DNA of 18,225 nucleotides, taken from contig NZ_SNUY01000030.1 in assembly GCF_004376175.1 (NCBI RefSeq), positions 1-18,225 on the forward strand. The letters are read 5' to 3'. A model generated the notes under the pieces. The model saw only the letters and a list, made by a program, of their open reading frames with translations, had not been told where the DNA came from and did not search any database. Origin of the DNA: Halalkalibacterium halodurans (GTDB taxonomy: Bacteria > Bacillota > Bacilli > Bacillales > Bacillaceae_D). Of this stretch, positions 16,446-18,225 are shown in pieces (the stretch's first letter is position 1; every line of letters starts with the position of its first letter). The position numbers and the translations under genes were made by a program.

Positions 16446-16721
16446 ACCAAAGGATCAAAAAAGAAACAAAATATTATTAGTAAGCTTTTTGATGTCCTTG
16501 GAAGCGTATTCACCCCAGTATCTATACTACATTCACTCTGTAGTAGTAGTTTACGGTTTTGCCTGCTTAATCAGTAACAATCCATAATGCAAATCTTCGT
16601 ATTCATTTAATTAGTCATATAATATCCTCCCTAAAATAGATGTGCAACACTTTTTTGTAAGCCTTTACAGCATATTTTTTTAAAATGGGTATGAGTAAAA
16701 TGTTTGTGGGAGAAGAAACAA

Positions 16722-16765
16722 CCTGCTCAACCAGGTAATGGAAGTTCATTACCTGGTTGAGCAGG
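16722..16765. repeat. Perfect 19-bp inverted repeat (hairpin) with 6-nt loop
   Basis: CCTGCTCAACCAGGTAATG (16722-16740), GAAGTT, CATTACCTGGTTGAGCAGG (16747-16765). The minus-strand tail is U-rich (TTGTTTCTTCT) and the plus-strand tail is not. Confidence 0.9.
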
Positions 16766-16869
16766 CCACCAAGCGAAAGCGCGGTAGGGTTTAAGCAAAA
16801 TACATGAAAAAAGGGTCTCTCCTTGGTAGAATCATAGTCGACGAAAACCCGATTCAAAGGAGAAACCCT

Positions 16870-18210
16870 ATGCAAAAGAATAACACAGAATATCCAACTT
16901 TAAAAGAACTTGAACAGCTAGTCTGGAGGAAGTTACAGGAAACCTTCTCAAGTGTGATGACCTCCATGTTAGAGGCATATGACGAAGAAATTGTGAAACA
17001 ACGTGATAAGCAACGCTTTCATTATAAAGATAAGCGGCCTCTAAAAATAGACAGTTTATTTGGTGAGATTGAGTTGAAGCGCTCCTACTATCGCGATCGT
17101 GAAACAGGCAAATATGTCTATCTCCTTGACCAATACCTACAATTCGAGGGGATCAAAGGGTTTAGCCCACTTGTAGAAGAAGCGGCGATTGAGCTCGCTG
17201 TGACAAGTCCTTCCTACCGAAAGGCATCGAACACGCTTGAGACCCTTCTTGGTTATCGCGTTATCAGTCACGAAGCGATTCGCCAACATCTGCTAGAGGT
17301 AGAAGCCATGCAGAAAGAGCGTCAACCGTTGACATTACCCGTATTGTTTATCGAAGTGGATGGACTCTACCTAAAGCGACAAGAGAAACGAATCAAAGGG
17401 AAGGAAGAGAAGATCGCAGCGGTTCATCAAGGCTGGGAGATTAACGGAAAAAGGGTGAGTTTAAAAGAAAAGCGACATTATGTTCATCGAGGGAAAGAAC
17501 CGTTTTGGGAGGGGCTTGAGACTTTTCTCATGGAGACGTTTGACTACGACCCTGCGGTGCATCGACTGGTCATTAATGGGGATGGAGCCACCTGGATCAC
17601 CAGTTGTCGAGATTATTTTCAAGGGCGAGCCTTCTTTACGATTGATCGTTTCCATGTAGCACGTGATATTAGAAGATTGTTCAAAGGTCATCGGCGTTAT
17701 CGGGCTATGCAGAAAGCCCTCGCAAAGTACGATGGAGAAACCCTCATGATAGAGCTAAACAGTGCAGTGGGAACGCTTGAGACAGAAGCGAAAGAAGAGC
17801 GTTTAGAGGCGCTGATTCATCAGCTTGAGCAATACCCTGAAGCATTGGGAGATTATAGAGAATGGCTGAAAGATCAAGGAATTGATCCGACAGGGTTCCG
17901 TCCAATGGGAAGTGCCGAGGGAACGATGAGTGTCTTTGCGAAGCGTCTAAAAAATGGACGAAGTTGGGTTGAAAAAGGTGCTAGTGCCATGATGACAGCG
18001 ATGGTTGCGTTGATGGATAAAATTCCGCTCAAAACACTGATTGGTCGCGTTGAAAAATGGACAGAACCAAAAGAAGAACGTCCTCCAAAGTATTTTGTGG
18101 AGAAGGTAGAAAGTACAATTGGCGAAGCGACACGTAACAACGTCATGTATCTCAAACAAAGAGCGAATATTCCAGTGTATCGAGCACTGAAAGACTTGAA
18201 AGGCTTTTAA
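16870..18210 (+). CDS. ISLre2-family (UPF0236-type) transposase
   Basis: The N-terminal pattern KELEQLVW...LEAYDEEIVKQRDKQRFHYKDKRPLKIDSLFGEIELKRSYYRD is characteristic of ISLre2-family transposases as I recall them. The preferred start is ATG at 16870, 7 nt after AAAGGAG. Track ORF start 16804 has no ribosome-binding site. Confidence 0.75.
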   Translation: MQKNNTEYPTLKELEQLVWRKLQETFSSVMTSMLEAYDEEIVKQRDKQRFHYKDKRPLKIDSLFGEIELKRSYYRDRETGKYVYLLDQYLQFEGIKGFSPLVEEAAIELAVTSPSYRKASNTLETLLGYRVISHEAIRQHLLEVEAMQKERQPLTLPVLFIEVDGLYLKRQEKRIKGKEEKIAAVHQGWEINGKRVSLKEKRHYVHRGKEPFWEGLETFLMETFDYDPAVHRLVINGDGATWITSCRDYFQGRAFFTIDRFHVARDIRRLFKGHRRYRAMQKALAKYDGETLMIELNSAVGTLETEAKEERLEALIHQLEQYPEALGDYREWLKDQGIDPTGFRPMGSAEGTMSVFAKRLKNGRSWVEKGASAMMTAMVALMDKIPLKTLIGRVEKWTEPKEERPPKYFVEKVESTIGEATRNNVMYLKQRANIPVYRALKDLKGF

Positions 18211-18225
18211 AAACCATAAGATTCT

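Larger units (their letters stand above)
16446..18225 (+). mobile_element. ISLre2-family insertion sequence (partial view; ends not resolved)
   Basis: Contains the transposase gene below. The left end lies somewhere between 16446 and about 16800. The right end is at or beyond the window edge, only 15 nt after the stop, so terminal inverted repeats cannot be paired. Confidence 0.45.

Noticed and set aside
16615-16875. 86-aa minus-strand ORF upstream of the ISLre2 transposase
   Set aside because: It reads through the 19-bp hairpin and the transposase ribosome-binding site on the opposite strand. It has no motifs and is probably fortuitous.
1005-18159. Short track ORFs nested in or antisense to the large genes: 1005..1250, 1224..1454, 1974..2207, 2077..2268, 3133..3330, 3727..3912, 4276..4497, 5202..5687, 6942..7145, 8438..8641, 8452..8691, 8714..8992, 9906..10148, 12056..12241, 12162..12344, 14799..14981, 17461..17691, 17874..18155, 17947..18159
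   Set aside because: All lie wholly inside well-supported genes on the opposite strand or in another frame. They have low-complexity or odd composition (Cys/Trp/Ser-rich), no recognisable motifs and no obvious ribosome-binding sites. They are best explained as chance open frames.
1-18225. CRISPR arrays, tRNA/rRNA genes, toxin-antitoxin or defence-system gene pairs
   Set aside because: No regularly spaced direct repeats, no cloverleaf-like or rRNA-like segments, and no small adjacent ORF pairs with defence-type motifs were seen in any non-coding stretch.

Overview
Most of the window (about 0.2-15.1 kb) is a Firmicute (Bacillaceae-like) purine/urate catabolism island. The taxon is inferred from about 40% GC, strong GGAGG-type ribosome-binding sites and frequent GTG/TTG starts. 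Almost all island genes are on the minus strand, tightly packed or overlapping. Read in the direction of transcription, the upstream block is allantoinase (pucH), xanthine dehydrogenase FAD, Mo and 2Fe-2S subunits (pucC, pucD, pucE), XdhC-type maturation factor (pucA), MobA/MocA-like nucleotidyltransferase (pucB) and an 8-oxoguanine-deaminase-like amidohydrolase. A 462-bp non-coding gap follows. The second block is OHCU decarboxylase, uricase and 5-hydroxyisourate hydrolase, then a NitT/TauT-type ABC transporter (ATPase, permease, NMT1/THI5-like lipoprotein). The PucR-family regulator is divergently transcribed from allantoinase on the plus strand. The right third of the window is mobile or decayed DNA: an IS200-type Y1 transposase element, the 3' remnant of an acetamidase/formamidase gene, and an ISLre2-family transposase running almost to the window end. 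I found no rRNA, tRNA, CRISPR array or recognisable defence system, and I see no convincing new multi-gene system. The points most worth follow-up are: (1) pucD is split by a frame break at a conserved motif; (2) the transporter's binding-protein gene is cut short next to a structured non-coding tail of an unidentified element at the left edge; (3) the 462-bp gap is enriched in TTGGT(T) motifs; (4) an 18-nt segment there is exactly complementary, as a plus-strand transcript, to allantoinase mRNA; (5) a perfect 19-bp hairpin lies upstream of the ISLre2 transposase gene. All family assignments come from reading motifs in the translations, not from database searches.
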